NCBI GenBank assembly: GCA_040876885.1
Contig: JBBDOU010000008.1
Span: 42,986 to 106,985 of the forward strand
Reading direction: 5' to 3'
Length of the DNA stretch: 64,000 nucleotides
DNA from: Minisyncoccota bacterium
GTDB lineage: Bacteria > Patescibacteriota > Minisyncoccia > Phycocordibacterales > JABMNX01
Translations under genes and position numbers: made by a program
In this document: piece by piece, positions 38,312 to 48,268 of the stretch
How positions within the stretch are numbered: the stretch's first letter is position 1
Layout: every line of letters starts with the position of its first letter
The notes under the pieces: generated by a model
The model's database searches: none
Seen by the model: only the letters and a program-made list of their open reading frames with translations
What the model was told of the DNA's origin: nothing

Positions 38312-40141
38312 ATGGCACTTCTAGACTTTTTCAGAAAAAATAAAAGAGAAGTAAGTAGTGACATCGTTCCTATTCTTCCTGAGGAAATTTATCGAGCAGG
38401 AGCGCTTGAACTTAAAGACATTATCGCTCCCTCGGCGCTAAAGATAACTCCAAAAGAGCTCCACCTAGGGGACAAAATTGCACGTACATTCTTTGTTATA
38501 TCCTACCCAAGATTCTTGAACAGTAGCTGGTTTTCTCCTGTTATTAACCTCGATAAAGTATTCGACATATCTATCACCGTACATCCCATAGATACTGCGG
38601 GAGTCCTCCGTAAATTTCAGAAAAAAGTTGCAGAAATCCAAAGCCAGATAATAAGCAGAGAAGAGAAAGGACTCGTGCGTGACCCAAAGCTTGATACCGC
38701 CCACCAAGACCTTGAACAACTTCGTGAACAGCTCCAGCAAGCACAGGAGAAGATATTTGATGTGGGTCTTTATATAACAATTTATGGAAACTCAGTAGAG
38801 GAATTAGACAAAACAGAATCAGAAATCAAATCTATGCTCGAGTCGAAACTCATTTACCTTAAACCAGCACTCTTCCAACAAGAGCAAGGATTTCTAAGTG
38901 TCCTTCCCTCAGGAACCGATAAGCTTATGGTCCATTCAAAGCTAAACTCAGCACCTCTTTCAAGTATCTTTCCGTTTGTATCTTTCGACTTAACCTCAGA
39001 CAAAGGAATCCTCTACGGAATAAACCGCCACAACTCAAGTCTGGTACTCTTTGACCGATTCTCTCTTGAAAACTATAACTCAGTAACCTTTGCTAAGTCT
39101 GGTTCTGGTAAGTCATATGCAACAAAACTCGAAATCCTTCGTACGCTTATGTTTGACACGGAAGTCATTGTCATCGACCCTGAGCGAGAATATGAATACA
39201 TGGCAGAAGCAACAGGGGGGAGGCACTTTAATATTTCTTTAAGCTCAGAACACCACATCAATCCATTTGATTTACCGACTCCACGAGAAGATGAAAACCC
39301 TTCAGACATATTGCGCTCAAACATTATCACGCTTGTTGGACTCTTCCGTATTATGCTTGGTGGACTCACTCCAGAAGAAGACGCAATAATTGATAGGGCG
39401 ATAACTGAAACGTACGCACTAAAAGACATCACCGCTCAATCAGACTTTAGCAACGTAGAGCCTCCACTTCTTTCTGATTTTGAAATGGTTCTTGGTGGCA
39501 TGGAAGGAAGTGAGTCTCTTGTACAGCGACTCTCTAAATACACCCGAGGAACATGGTCTGGCTTTATCAACCAACCAACCAACGTTGATATCAATAAAAA
39601 ATTCGTCGTGTTCTCTGTTCGAGACATGGAGGACGATCTTAAGCCAGTTGCAATGTACATTGTGACGCACTTTATATGGAATATGGTCCGAAAAGAACTT
39701 AAAAAGAGGCTCCTTGTCATCGACGAGGCGTGGTGGATGATGAAATCAGAAGACACCGCTTCGTTCCTGTTTAGTATTGCTAAGCGTGGTAGGAAGTACT
39801 ACCTGGGACTTGCTACTATCACGCAGGACGTGAGTGACTTCCTAAGCTCACCCTATGGGCTTCCGATGATCAGCAACTCTTCAATACAGATGCTTATGAA
39901 GCAGTCTCCAACCTCAGCTGACCTGGTACAAGAAACCTTTAAACTTAGTGACGAAGAGAAATATCTCCTCCTTGAGTCTGATGTTGGAGAGGGGATATTC
40001 TTTGCGGGACTTAAACATGTCGCTATTAAGGTTATCGCTTCATACACTGAAGACCAGATTATAACTTCAGACCCATCTCAAGTCCTCGCAATACGGAAAA
40101 ATAAAGAAGTTCTGAGACAACAAAAGGGATCCGCAACGTAA
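38312..40141 (+). CDS. virB4: VirB4-like T4SS ATPase
   Basis: Walker A AKSGSGKS, VIDPEREY, INPFD, Walker B LLVIDEAW, KRGRKY, ITQ. Confidence 0.85.
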   Translation: MALLDFFRKNKREVSSDIVPILPEEIYRAGALELKDIIAPSALKITPKELHLGDKIARTFFVISYPRFLNSSWFSPVINLDKVFDISITVHPIDTAGVLRKFQKKVAEIQSQIISREEKGLVRDPKLDTAHQDLEQLREQLQQAQEKIFDVGLYITIYGNSVEELDKTESEIKSMLESKLIYLKPALFQQEQGFLSVLPSGTDKLMVHSKLNSAPLSSIFPFVSFDLTSDKGILYGINRHNSSLVLFDRFSLENYNSVTFAKSGSGKSYATKLEILRTLMFDTEVIVIDPEREYEYMAEATGGRHFNISLSSEHHINPFDLPTPREDENPSDILRSNIITLVGLFRIMLGGLTPEEDAIIDRAITETYALKDITAQSDFSNVEPPLLSDFEMVLGGMEGSESLVQRLSKYTRGTWSGFINQPTNVDINKKFVVFSVRDMEDDLKPVAMYIVTHFIWNMVRKELKKRLLVIDEAWWMMKSEDTASFLFSIAKRGRKYYLGLATITQDVSDFLSSPYGLPMISNSSIQMLMKQSPTSADLVQETFKLSDEEKYLLLESDVGEGIFFAGLKHVAIKVIASYTEDQIITSDPSQVLAIRKNKEVLRQQKGSAT

Positions 40142-40153
40142 ACACATTTTAGT

Positions 40154-40543
40154 ATGTCTGACACCAAAGGCTTCAACCCAAGAATATCTAATCTCCTAGC
40201 AGTAGTACTTATCACTATTGCTATTTTCGTTGATATCACACAAGCCTTACTGAGCGTTATTGGATTTTTAATCTTGGGAGTTGCATTAAACACACTAATA
40301 TCTGCATGCATGACCATGTTTTTTGGTATAGTATTTATTATGAACGGTGTTTCTTTTTTCAGTTCACGACGACTTGCTGTAACAGGTACAGCGCTCCTTA
40401 TTGAGGCGATACCGCTCCTTAACAATCTTCCTACCTGGACCATGTACACAGTAGTCGCGGTAAAGAACGTACGAAAAGAAGACAAGGAGCGGTGGCTAGA
40501 AAAAAACAGCAGCGCGTACAAAAAAGGAAGCTTCACTCAATAA
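40154..40543 (+). CDS. Hypothetical membrane protein
   Basis: Three TMs, IEAIP..LPTWT. Confidence 0.75.
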   Translation: MSDTKGFNPRISNLLAVVLITIAIFVDITQALLSVIGFLILGVALNTLISACMTMFFGIVFIMNGVSFFSSRRLAVTGTALLIEAIPLLNNLPTWTMYTVVAVKNVRKEDKERWLEKNSSAYKKGSFTQ

Positions 40544-40569
40544 AATAAAACTACAAACGCAATCTAACT

Positions 40570-41598
40570 ATGCTTAAAAAACTTTACAAAAAAACCCTCC
40601 TTTTCATTACCCCACTTCTCTTAGTTGCACCTTTTTTTGTTTCAGCACAGATTATTCCTGATTTTGGAAGTACATTACTGCTTACTATTACACCAACATA
40701 CCCAAGTCCAGAAGAAGGCGTCACTGTTTCTATAGAAAGTTTTTCCGCAGACTTACATAATTCAAATATTTCATGGTTTTTGGATACCAAGCTCGTACAA
40801 GAAGCTGTCGGCATCACCTCTTTTACTTTTACCGCAGGGGCCTTGGGGAGCCCGACAAGAATTGACGTTGTCGCACAAGAGCCAGGAGCTCCACTTTTGA
40901 GCGAAACGGTCTATGTCCGCCCAACAGATATGGATATCCTCTGGCAAGGGGATACATTCACACACCCGCTCTACAGAGGGAAACGTCTCCCCACAACAGG
41001 AAGTGCAATTAACGTTGAAGTTATCCCTCATTTTATAAATGAGTTTGGGAGGAAGTTTGCAACAAGTGAACTGACATACGTATGGAGCGTTGAAGGTAAA
41101 AAACTAACCCACGCGTCCGGACGAGGAGAAAACACAATAACGATAACCCAAAACAAGCCAATAAAAAATATACCCATTGAGATTGAGGTAGCGTCTCCAG
41201 ACGGGCTCATCACAAGAAAAGAATCACTGCAAATACCAATAGAAACCAGCGCGTTACATATTTATGAAAACAACCCACTTCTTGGGATTCTTTTCAATAA
41301 AGCAGTAAACAGTCTATACTCATTAGTAGGGCAAGAAACCAATTTTATAGCCTATCCTTTCTTTATGTCCGCTGTTGATAGAAATGATTCATCCCTTCAG
41401 TACTCGTGGAGTCTTGATGGGAAACCAATCACCTTAGGAGAAGATACAGGAAGTATCACCGTCAGTCACGAAGGAGGGGTGCGCGGAACCGCCTTAATTA
41501 AAGTCGGTGCGCGTAACACTAAAGAAATTTTTCAAAAAAGTGACGTGGAGTTTAGTATAGAGTTTGGTAACAGTCCTTCGTCAGGTTTCAGTTTTTAA
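40570..41598 (+). CDS. Secreted protein with repeated beta-sandwich (Ig-like) modules
   Basis: Signal peptide VSA-Q; ISWFLD, YVWSVEGK, YSWSLDGK repeats. Confidence 0.7.
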   Translation: MLKKLYKKTLLFITPLLLVAPFFVSAQIIPDFGSTLLLTITPTYPSPEEGVTVSIESFSADLHNSNISWFLDTKLVQEAVGITSFTFTAGALGSPTRIDVVAQEPGAPLLSETVYVRPTDMDILWQGDTFTHPLYRGKRLPTTGSAINVEVIPHFINEFGRKFATSELTYVWSVEGKKLTHASGRGENTITITQNKPIKNIPIEIEVASPDGLITRKESLQIPIETSALHIYENNPLLGILFNKAVNSLYSLVGQETNFIAYPFFMSAVDRNDSSLQYSWSLDGKPITLGEDTGSITVSHEGGVRGTALIKVGARNTKEIFQKSDVEFSIEFGNSPSSGFSF

Positions 41599-41601
41599 TA
41601 C

Positions 41602-42111
41602 ATGGTAAAAATGCACATCCATAAAAAAACATTTTCAAAAATAGGCCATCTCGCAACCTTTTCTTTTGTGTTTCTTTTATTACCTATACTTGTGTTCGGG
41701 GCAGGTGAAGCATTTGTTCCCCTTACTGATGGAGGGATTCCTGGCGTATCATCTGGTGTTGAGTTCAAAGACTTCTTAAACGCAGTATTTAAGCTCGGCC
41801 TTGCTATTGCAGTGACGCTTGCGGTTATTATGATAACTGTAGGAGGTTTAGAGTACATGACCACAGATTCTGTAAATAATAAGAGTTCCGGGAAAGAAAA
41901 GATACAAAATGCACTTATGGGGCTCCTGATTGCTCTCATGATTTGGATTATTCTCTTTACTATCAACCCAAATCTCCTCAATATTGATTTAAAAATAGGT
42001 ACCGGCAGTGGAGCGCCTACTGATTACGAGTTGGAAGATTATAGTTCAATACCTACGACAAATTTACGTGGAGGTAATGTACTAGACTACGAGGGAGACG
42101 CGTACCCTTAA
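41602..42111 (+). CDS. VirB2/TrbC-like T4SS pilin
   Basis: LAVIMITVGGLEYMT...GKEKIQNALMGLLI...INP two-helix pilin signature. Confidence 0.75.
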   Translation: MVKMHIHKKTFSKIGHLATFSFVFLLLPILVFGAGEAFVPLTDGGIPGVSSGVEFKDFLNAVFKLGLAIAVTLAVIMITVGGLEYMTTDSVNNKSSGKEKIQNALMGLLIALMIWIILFTINPNLLNIDLKIGTGSGAPTDYELEDYSSIPTTNLRGGNVLDYEGDAYP

Positions 42112-42152
42112 AGAATCTTTACGGAGACCTTTTTAATACAGTAAACAAGATT

Positions 42153-43340
42153 ATGACCACTCAAAGAAAAATCCTTACACTTATCATTATTGTTTTTATA
42201 CTTATTATTGGTGGGCTATTCTTTTTGTACCAATCGTTTGTACAAACAGACACAGAGCCCACTGGAAATGGCACTGGGGGTACGGGGAGCGGAGGAAGTA
42301 TACTATTTCCAAATACTGGACAAGGAGAGACATCAGGAATAGGTACCACAACAGGACCGTCTTCAATAGCAACACTACGGCAAATATCAAGTGTTCCAGT
42401 TTCGGGTGCAGTAATATTTACGGACGAGGAGACTGCTGTAATTAGGTACGTTGAACGCTCGTCTGGTCATATATTTGAAACAACCAGCACATCATTGGAG
42501 CTAAATCGCATATCTAATACGACTATACCTCGAATTCAAAGAAGTTTCTGGGCGCCAGACGGTAGTACGGTTATCTTGCAATACTTAGATGAAAATGAAA
42601 CTCTTAAAAGTTTTTATGGAAAGGTGGCACCTGAAACTGGTGCGCTTGAAGGATGGTTTCTTGGAAATAATATCTCTGATGTAGCAGTAGCTCCTGACGG
42701 AGATATGCTCTATGTACAGAAGATTGGTGGTGGAGTGCAGGGGATTATCTCTAATTTTGATGGAACTAATAGCGCTACTATATTTTCATCCACCCAGCGT
42801 GACTGGCGTCCATTGTGGATGGGTAAAGAAGTAACCTTCACTACAAATCCAGCACGAGATATCACTGGGTTTATGTATCAAATACAAAAAGGGGAGTATA
42901 AAAAAATTCTTTCGCGTGATGGGTTGATTACTAATATAAACCCCGATGGTGGAAATATACTCTTCTCGTTAAGTAATTCTAGAGAAACAAATCTCTTTGT
43001 ATACAATCAAAAAACAAAAGAAACTGTCGAGGTCCCTTTTAGAACCTTAGCTGAAAAATGTGCGTGGTCTGGCAACACCGTTGTCTTCTGCGCTTCACCC
43101 CACAGAGTTACAGAAGGGATTGTCCCTGACGACTGGTACAAGGGATCCCTTTCATTTTCTGATGACATTTGGTCATATAACACTGAAACAGACGAAGCAC
43201 AGTTGGTGTATGACGCGCTTTCTAATGAGCAAATATTTGACGCTATAAACCTCCGCATCGACAGCGAAGGAAAAGTACTGCTCTTTACTGATAAAAATAA
43301 CCTAACTCTCTGGGCCCTTTCTCTTAAGGAGCGCCTATAA
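42153..43340 (+). CDS. Membrane-anchored beta-propeller-like protein
   Basis: TM, Gly/Thr linker, repeats such as WAPDG, VAPDG, INPDG; AEKCAW. Confidence 0.7.
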   Translation: MTTQRKILTLIIIVFILIIGGLFFLYQSFVQTDTEPTGNGTGGTGSGGSILFPNTGQGETSGIGTTTGPSSIATLRQISSVPVSGAVIFTDEETAVIRYVERSSGHIFETTSTSLELNRISNTTIPRIQRSFWAPDGSTVILQYLDENETLKSFYGKVAPETGALEGWFLGNNISDVAVAPDGDMLYVQKIGGGVQGIISNFDGTNSATIFSSTQRDWRPLWMGKEVTFTTNPARDITGFMYQIQKGEYKKILSRDGLITNINPDGGNILFSLSNSRETNLFVYNQKTKETVEVPFRTLAEKCAWSGNTVVFCASPHRVTEGIVPDDWYKGSLSFSDDIWSYNTETDEAQLVYDALSNEQIFDAINLRIDSEGKVLLFTDKNNLTLWALSLKERL

Positions 43341-43793
43341 TTCAGTGTACTGTAAAACAACCCTCCGCAGTCTCCCTTCACCAACAGAAGTGGTTTCTAT
43401 ATGTGCATTTTTTGTAAAAAGAGAGTGTATAACCATCCTTTCGTACGCATTCATTGGCCCTAGCTCTACATTTCGTTTAAATGCGCGCGCCCTTTCAGCA
43501 AGAAGTAGTGCGCTTGTTTCTAAGTCTTGTAATTTTTTTTCTTGATAGCTATTAATGTCTATTAAAAACTGTTCCTCCTTTCCTATTTCTTTAAAAAGTA
43601 TGCCCTTAATAAGGTGATTCAGTGCTTGTATAATTTCACTTAATGTCTCGTCAGTTAACACCCTGTCTTTTGTTTTTATTGAAAAAATAGGATGAAGCAC
43701 ATGAGGTTTAATCTCAATAGCATCAGGAATAATGTCTAACCTCTCTAAAAATTTTCTGATTCCTTCTTCAATTTTTTCGTGAGTATCCATCAT
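43335..43793 (-). CDS. jag: Jag/KhpB-like R3H RNA-binding protein
   Basis: PMNAYERMVIH R3H motif; after yidC. Confidence 0.85.
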   Translation of the reverse strand: MMDTHEKIEEGIRKFLERLDIIPDAIEIKPHVLHPIFSIKTKDRVLTDETLSEIIQALNHLIKGILFKEIGKEEQFLIDINSYQEKKLQDLETSALLLAERARAFKRNVELGPMNAYERMVIHSLFTKNAHIETTSVGEGRLRRVVLQYTEL

Positions 43794-43805
43794 TTGTTAT
43801 TATCA

Positions 43806-44567
43806 TTACGTCTGCGCTATGTCTGATGTCCCGTCTTTAATTTCAGCACTCTGTACCATGCGTTTTCGTACAAAGATTTCCTGGAGAATTGCAAAAATAT
43901 TACTGGTTGTCCAATACAGTGCTATCGCAGCTGAGATTGAATACGAAATCACCCCAATAATAACGGGGAGCACGTACCGCATTTGTATCTGCATACTTCT
44001 TGCTAAATCATTTTTAAATGACTGCTCTTTATTTTTAGTATCAAACTTAGGAAAAGAAATCCGCGTATGGATAAATTGAGTAACCCCGGCGAGAACTGCG
44101 AGGACAATACTCTTACCTGCCATATCAACAAAACCAATAAAATTCATATTCACCATATCCGGAACGCTGACAAATGAATATAAGATGTCCGCATTAATTT
44201 CAGGAAACCCTCCTTTAAAAAACACCCAATACAATCCGAAAATAATCGGGAGTTGTATAAGAAGCGGTAAAATCATAGCGAACGGATTAATCCTCTTTTC
44301 CTTATACAGAGCCATCGTCTTTTGCGCTTGCTCTTGTTTATTGTCTTTGTACGTCTCTCTGATCTCTTCGAGTTCTGGTTTAACCGCGTTCATCATGATT
44401 TGTGAACGGATTGCACTCTGCGCAAGCGGGAGGAGGATGAGCTTCACTCCTATCGTCAAAATAACCACCGCGATACCCATATCAGCGTAGGGGATATGGT
44501 TTATAAGGAAGACGAGACTGTTATACAGTGGATCATAAATCACTGTGGAAAAAAGATATGAAAACAT
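43806..44567 (-). CDS. yidC: Membrane protein insertase YidC
   Basis: GIAVVILTI..KLILLPL, LYKEKRINPF, LIQLPI, LYWTTSN. Confidence 0.95.
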   Translation of the reverse strand: MFSYLFSTVIYDPLYNSLVFLINHIPYADMGIAVVILTIGVKLILLPLAQSAIRSQIMMNAVKPELEEIRETYKDNKQEQAQKTMALYKEKRINPFAMILPLLIQLPIIFGLYWVFFKGGFPEINADILYSFVSVPDMVNMNFIGFVDMAGKSIVLAVLAGVTQFIHTRISFPKFDTKNKEQSFKNDLARSMQIQMRYVLPVIIGVISYSISAAIALYWTTSNIFAILQEIFVRKRMVQSAEIKDGTSDIAQT

Positions 44568-44603
44568 GAGGCAATTTTAACGCACTCACCCATCTTCCAC
44601 AAC

Positions 44604-44909
44604 TTATATTTTTTTTATGAGATAACTAATTTCTTCACGCAACTCTTTTTTTGATATGTCTTGTGCGCCTTTTTTTGTATAAAAAATAGCTTCTATAGGA
44701 TAAGGAGCTACTTCTTCAAATAAACCCCGCACACGTCTTCTCAGGAGGTTTCTCGCGGTAGCGTGTTTTATAGTCTTTTTTGAAATAACGACCCGAACCT
44801 GTGTTTTTTTAACACCGAGCTTCACCGCCCGTAATGAAAGGTGTGGGGAACTAAATAAACCGCCTGATTTCATGACGGTTTTAAAAAATGTCTCTGTTTT
44901 TTCTCTCAT
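44604..44909 (-). CDS. rnpA: RNase P protein component
   Basis: VVISKK...ATARNLLRRR; rpmH-rnpA-yidC order. Confidence 0.88.
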   Translation of the reverse strand: MREKTETFFKTVMKSGGLFSSPHLSLRAVKLGVKKTQVRVVISKKTIKHATARNLLRRRVRGLFEEVAPYPIEAIFYTKKGAQDISKKELREEISYLIKKI

Positions 44910-44915
44910 GAGGCT

Positions 44916-45050
44916 TTATACAGTAAGACTCGCTCGTCCCTTTTGACGGCGTCTTTTAAGGACATTTTGACCAGTTGAGGTTGCAGCTCGACCCAAAAAA
45001 CCATGGGCTCGTTTGCGCTTCCTGTTTTTAGGATTGTATGTTTGTGACAT
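44916..45050 (-). CDS. rpmH: 50S ribosomal protein L34 (not in ORF track)
   Basis: [44 protein letters not shown]. Confidence 0.95.
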   Translation of the reverse strand: MSQTYNPKNRKRKRAHGFLGRAATSTGQNVLKRRRQKGRASLTV

Positions 45051-45322
45051 AAGGACGTTAGTATACGATACAATGACACACTTTTCAAGGAAAACGTACC
45101 AGCGCTCTAAAAACCAGCTTTAGTAAGAATATTGGTCCCTTCACAACCACCTAAAGGGGTGCGTATCTTCCTATACACAATTTATACACAACTTATGAAC
45201 ATAATCATTCAAAGTGCACAAGTTCTATCATCTCCCCACTTCTATATAATAAGGATTATATATTTTTATATGCCTGATTTCTAAACTAGGCATAAAAATA
45301 CTTATGGAGTAACTACGATACT
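45051..45322. other. oriC part 1 (rpmH-dnaA intergenic)
   Basis: DnaA-box-like ttatacaca at 45182 and ctatacaca at 45171; AT-rich tract. Confidence 0.65.
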
Positions 45323-46675
45323 GTGGGAATAAAACAACTTTGGGAAAATACACTTGTCGATATTGAACTGAGTATTTCAAAAGCAAACTTTAGTACTTGG
45401 TTTAAAAACACATCTATTCATAAAATAGATTCTGGTGTTGTGTATTTAGGGGTTCCTAATCAATTTGTTAAAGACTGGCTCTCAAATAAGTACCATAAAG
45501 ACATTTTAAAGACACTACGAAGTTTTTCTACAGAGGTGCGCGGTCTTGAATATATTATCTCTAAGGACCAAAAAGGCGCCCTCCATAAAAACCCCACGTC
45601 TGTAAAAGAATTTAACCAAAACTCAGTGGGGGAGCTCCCACTTGATGATTTTTATATTAATAAAAACGATAACTTAAACCCCCGGTATACATTTGATACA
45701 TTTGTAGTGGGGCCTTTCAATCAGCTTGCACACGCGGCAGCTCAGGTTATTACACAAAAACCAGGTATTGTGTACAACCCACTCTTTATTTATGGTTCGA
45801 CGGGACACGGTAAGACCCACCTTATACAATCAGTAGGGAATTATATTAAAAAAGTTAACCCAAATAGAAAAGTATTCTATGTAACCTCTGAACGGTTCGC
45901 GGTTGATTATCTTAATTCAGTTCAGGAAGGGAAAGCAAACACTTTTAAAGAGAAGTACCGACAATATGACGTTCTTATTATGGACGATATACAATTCCTC
46001 TCTGATAAAGAGAAGACCCAAGAGGAACTATTCCATTTATTTAATGCGTTATACGACAACAATAAGCAAATAATTTTTTCTTCTGATAAACACCCTAACT
46101 ACATTCCAGGGCTTGAAGACAGGCTAAAATCACGGTTTAACGCTGGTATGATTGCGGATATCCCTGCACCAGATCATGAGTCACGTATGGCGATTCTGAA
46201 ATCTAAAACTGCACAGAATAATTTTCTACTCCCTGATGACTTAGTTTCGTATATTTCAAGTGAGGTTCAGGGGAATATTAGAGAGTTAGAAGGTGTCTTA
46301 AACTCAATAATTTTTCAATCACAAGTAAAAGGGAGAATCCCCAACCAAACAGAAATTCGGGCGATTATTAAAAACAGCTCTAAACCTAAAAAATCAGTAT
46401 CAGCAAAAGATGTGATTAAAAAGATTGCTGATTTTTATGAAATAAACGAAAACAGTATCTACGAAAAGACTCGAAAAAAAGAAATTGTTAAACCAAGACA
46501 GCTAATTATGTATATCTTGCGAGAAGATTTTGGTGTGTCTTATCCAAGTATTGGAGAAAAATTAGGAGGAAGAGACCACACAACAGTAATACACTCTTGT
46601 GAGAAAATTAAAAACGACCTAAAAACAAACCCGACCCTTGGGCAGGAGATAGACCAAATACGGGCATTGTTATAA
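45323..46675 (+). CDS. dnaA: Replication initiator DnaA
   Basis: YTFDTFV, YNPLFIYG..GHGKTHL, DDIQF, QEELFH, RELEG, GGRDHTTV. Confidence 0.98.
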   Translation: MGIKQLWENTLVDIELSISKANFSTWFKNTSIHKIDSGVVYLGVPNQFVKDWLSNKYHKDILKTLRSFSTEVRGLEYIISKDQKGALHKNPTSVKEFNQNSVGELPLDDFYINKNDNLNPRYTFDTFVVGPFNQLAHAAAQVITQKPGIVYNPLFIYGSTGHGKTHLIQSVGNYIKKVNPNRKVFYVTSERFAVDYLNSVQEGKANTFKEKYRQYDVLIMDDIQFLSDKEKTQEELFHLFNALYDNNKQIIFSSDKHPNYIPGLEDRLKSRFNAGMIADIPAPDHESRMAILKSKTAQNNFLLPDDLVSYISSEVQGNIRELEGVLNSIIFQSQVKGRIPNQTEIRAIIKNSSKPKKSVSAKDVIKKIADFYEINENSIYEKTRKKEIVKPRQLIMYILREDFGVSYPSIGEKLGGRDHTTVIHSCEKIKNDLKTNPTLGQEIDQIRALL

Positions 46676-46889
46676 ATAAAAACATGTTCATTGACTGTGG
46701 AAAAAAAGTTAATATATAAAAAGTAATCAACAAGAGTATTATGAAAAAAGAAACCTATAAAATAAAATCAACTTTTTATACACACGTTGTTGGTAAATTA
46801 TTTAACAGAATATACTTATTTATAAACATTAAAAATACTTTTCAACATATACACAGTACTAATAGTAATAATAAATTATATATACATAT
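46676..46889. other. oriC part 2 (dnaA-dnaN intergenic, probable unwinding element)
   Basis: tgtggaaaa near 46697, ttatacaca near 46776, taat/taa repeats, very AT-rich. Confidence 0.7.
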
Positions 46890-47993
46890 ATGAAAATAAC
46901 CTGTGAAAAAAAAGATCTATTAAACAGCTTAGTTATTACAGAAAAAATAACTGGTACTAATCCAACACTACCAATCCTTAGTTGTGTGTTATTAATTGTG
47001 AAAGATTCAATTCTTACTGTACGTTCAACAAATCTTGAGCTTGGTATTGAAGTATATATACCAGTCACTTCAGAAGAAGATGGAATAGTTGCTATTCCGG
47101 GTCATATTTTTTATAACACTATACAAAATACACACGATAATTCTATTACTCTTGAAACACAAAAAGATACACTTGTTATTCAAACAAAACATAGTAAAAC
47201 AGTACTTAATACACAAATATATGATGATTTTCCATCATTACCAATAATTCAAAACAACACAACATATACATTAAAAACAGAGAATATTATTAAAGGTATA
47301 GAATCAGTTGTGTATAGTGCGTCTAATTCAACTATTAAACCAGAGCTTTCAAGTGTGTATGTGTATGAACATGATAATAAAATATTTTTTGTTGCAACAG
47401 ACTCTTTTCGATTAGCTGAGAAAACAACACATATTAAAGAAAAAAATACACTTAACCAATCATTTCTACTTCCATTAAGAAACGCATTAGAGGTGGTGAG
47501 AATTTTAAACCAATTACCAGATGATAATATTTTAATTAAAGTAGATAATAACCAAATATCCCTTGAAGGTAAAAATTTATTTATCACATCAAGAATTATT
47601 GATGGTGTATTTCCTGACTATAAACAAATTATTCCTAAAGATTATATTTCAGAGGTAATTGTATTAAAACAGGATTTAGTTAATGTTTTTAAGAAAATAA
47701 GTATTTTTTCTGATAAATTTGGACAGATATCTATCGATATACAACCAAAGAAAAAAAACGTGACCATACATACAAATAACAATACAATAGGGAAAACAAG
47801 TGATGGTATTGATGCTGCGGTGACTGGAGAAGCGTTGGTAATGAGTTTTAATTACCGATATATATACGATTGTCTTACCTCAATACATTCAGACAGTATT
47901 ACGTTACTTTTTACTGGTATTGGTAAACCACTTATTATAAAAGGTGTCTCTGATGAGTCATTTTTGTATCTCGTAATGCCGATGAATAAGTAA
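46890..47993 (+). CDS. dnaN: DNA polymerase III beta clamp
   Basis: LPILS, STNLE, VATDSFRLA, FPDYKQIIP, YLVMPM. Confidence 0.96.
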   Translation: MKITCEKKDLLNSLVITEKITGTNPTLPILSCVLLIVKDSILTVRSTNLELGIEVYIPVTSEEDGIVAIPGHIFYNTIQNTHDNSITLETQKDTLVIQTKHSKTVLNTQIYDDFPSLPIIQNNTTYTLKTENIIKGIESVVYSASNSTIKPELSSVYVYEHDNKIFFVATDSFRLAEKTTHIKEKNTLNQSFLLPLRNALEVVRILNQLPDDNILIKVDNNQISLEGKNLFITSRIIDGVFPDYKQIIPKDYISEVIVLKQDLVNVFKKISIFSDKFGQISIDIQPKKKNVTIHTNNNTIGKTSDGIDAAVTGEALVMSFNYRYIYDCLTSIHSDSITLLFTGIGKPLIIKGVSDESFLYLVMPMNK

Positions 47994-48013
47994 CATAGAA
48001 AAAGATTCAAAAT

Positions 48014-48268
48014 ATGAAAACTATTGGCGATTTTTTTAAGAAATTTTCTCACATAAAACCAACAGCTCGGGTTATTAGAAAAATAATGGTAAGTATTCTC
48101 GATAAAAAAAATATACCAATTACAGAAGATGAGATTGTGTATAGTAGTGGAATTATATATATAAAAAGCAACCAGAGTGTAAAAAACGAGGTATTTATAC
48201 TTAAACAGACTCTTTTAAAAGAGTTGGAAGAAGGCCTTAATAGGAAAACGGTGACTGATATTCGTTAG
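48014..48268 (+). CDS. Small basic protein, possibly DciA/DUF721-like
   Basis: After dnaN; GIIYI...KNEVF..KQTLL...VTDIR pattern. Confidence 0.55.
   Translation: MKTIGDFFKKFSHIKPTARVIRKIMVSILDKKNIPITEDEIVYSSGIIYIKSNQSVKNEVFILKQTLLKELEEGLNRKTVTDIR

Noticed and set aside
30716-43340. Integrated conjugative plasmid or ICE
   Set aside because: No relaxase, coupling protein, integrase or flanking direct repeats are visible, and composition resembles core genes; kept as a T4SS-like locus instead.
44906-45088. 60-aa ORF in the track
   Set aside because: Alternative frame over rpmH; the real L34 frame is 44916-45050.
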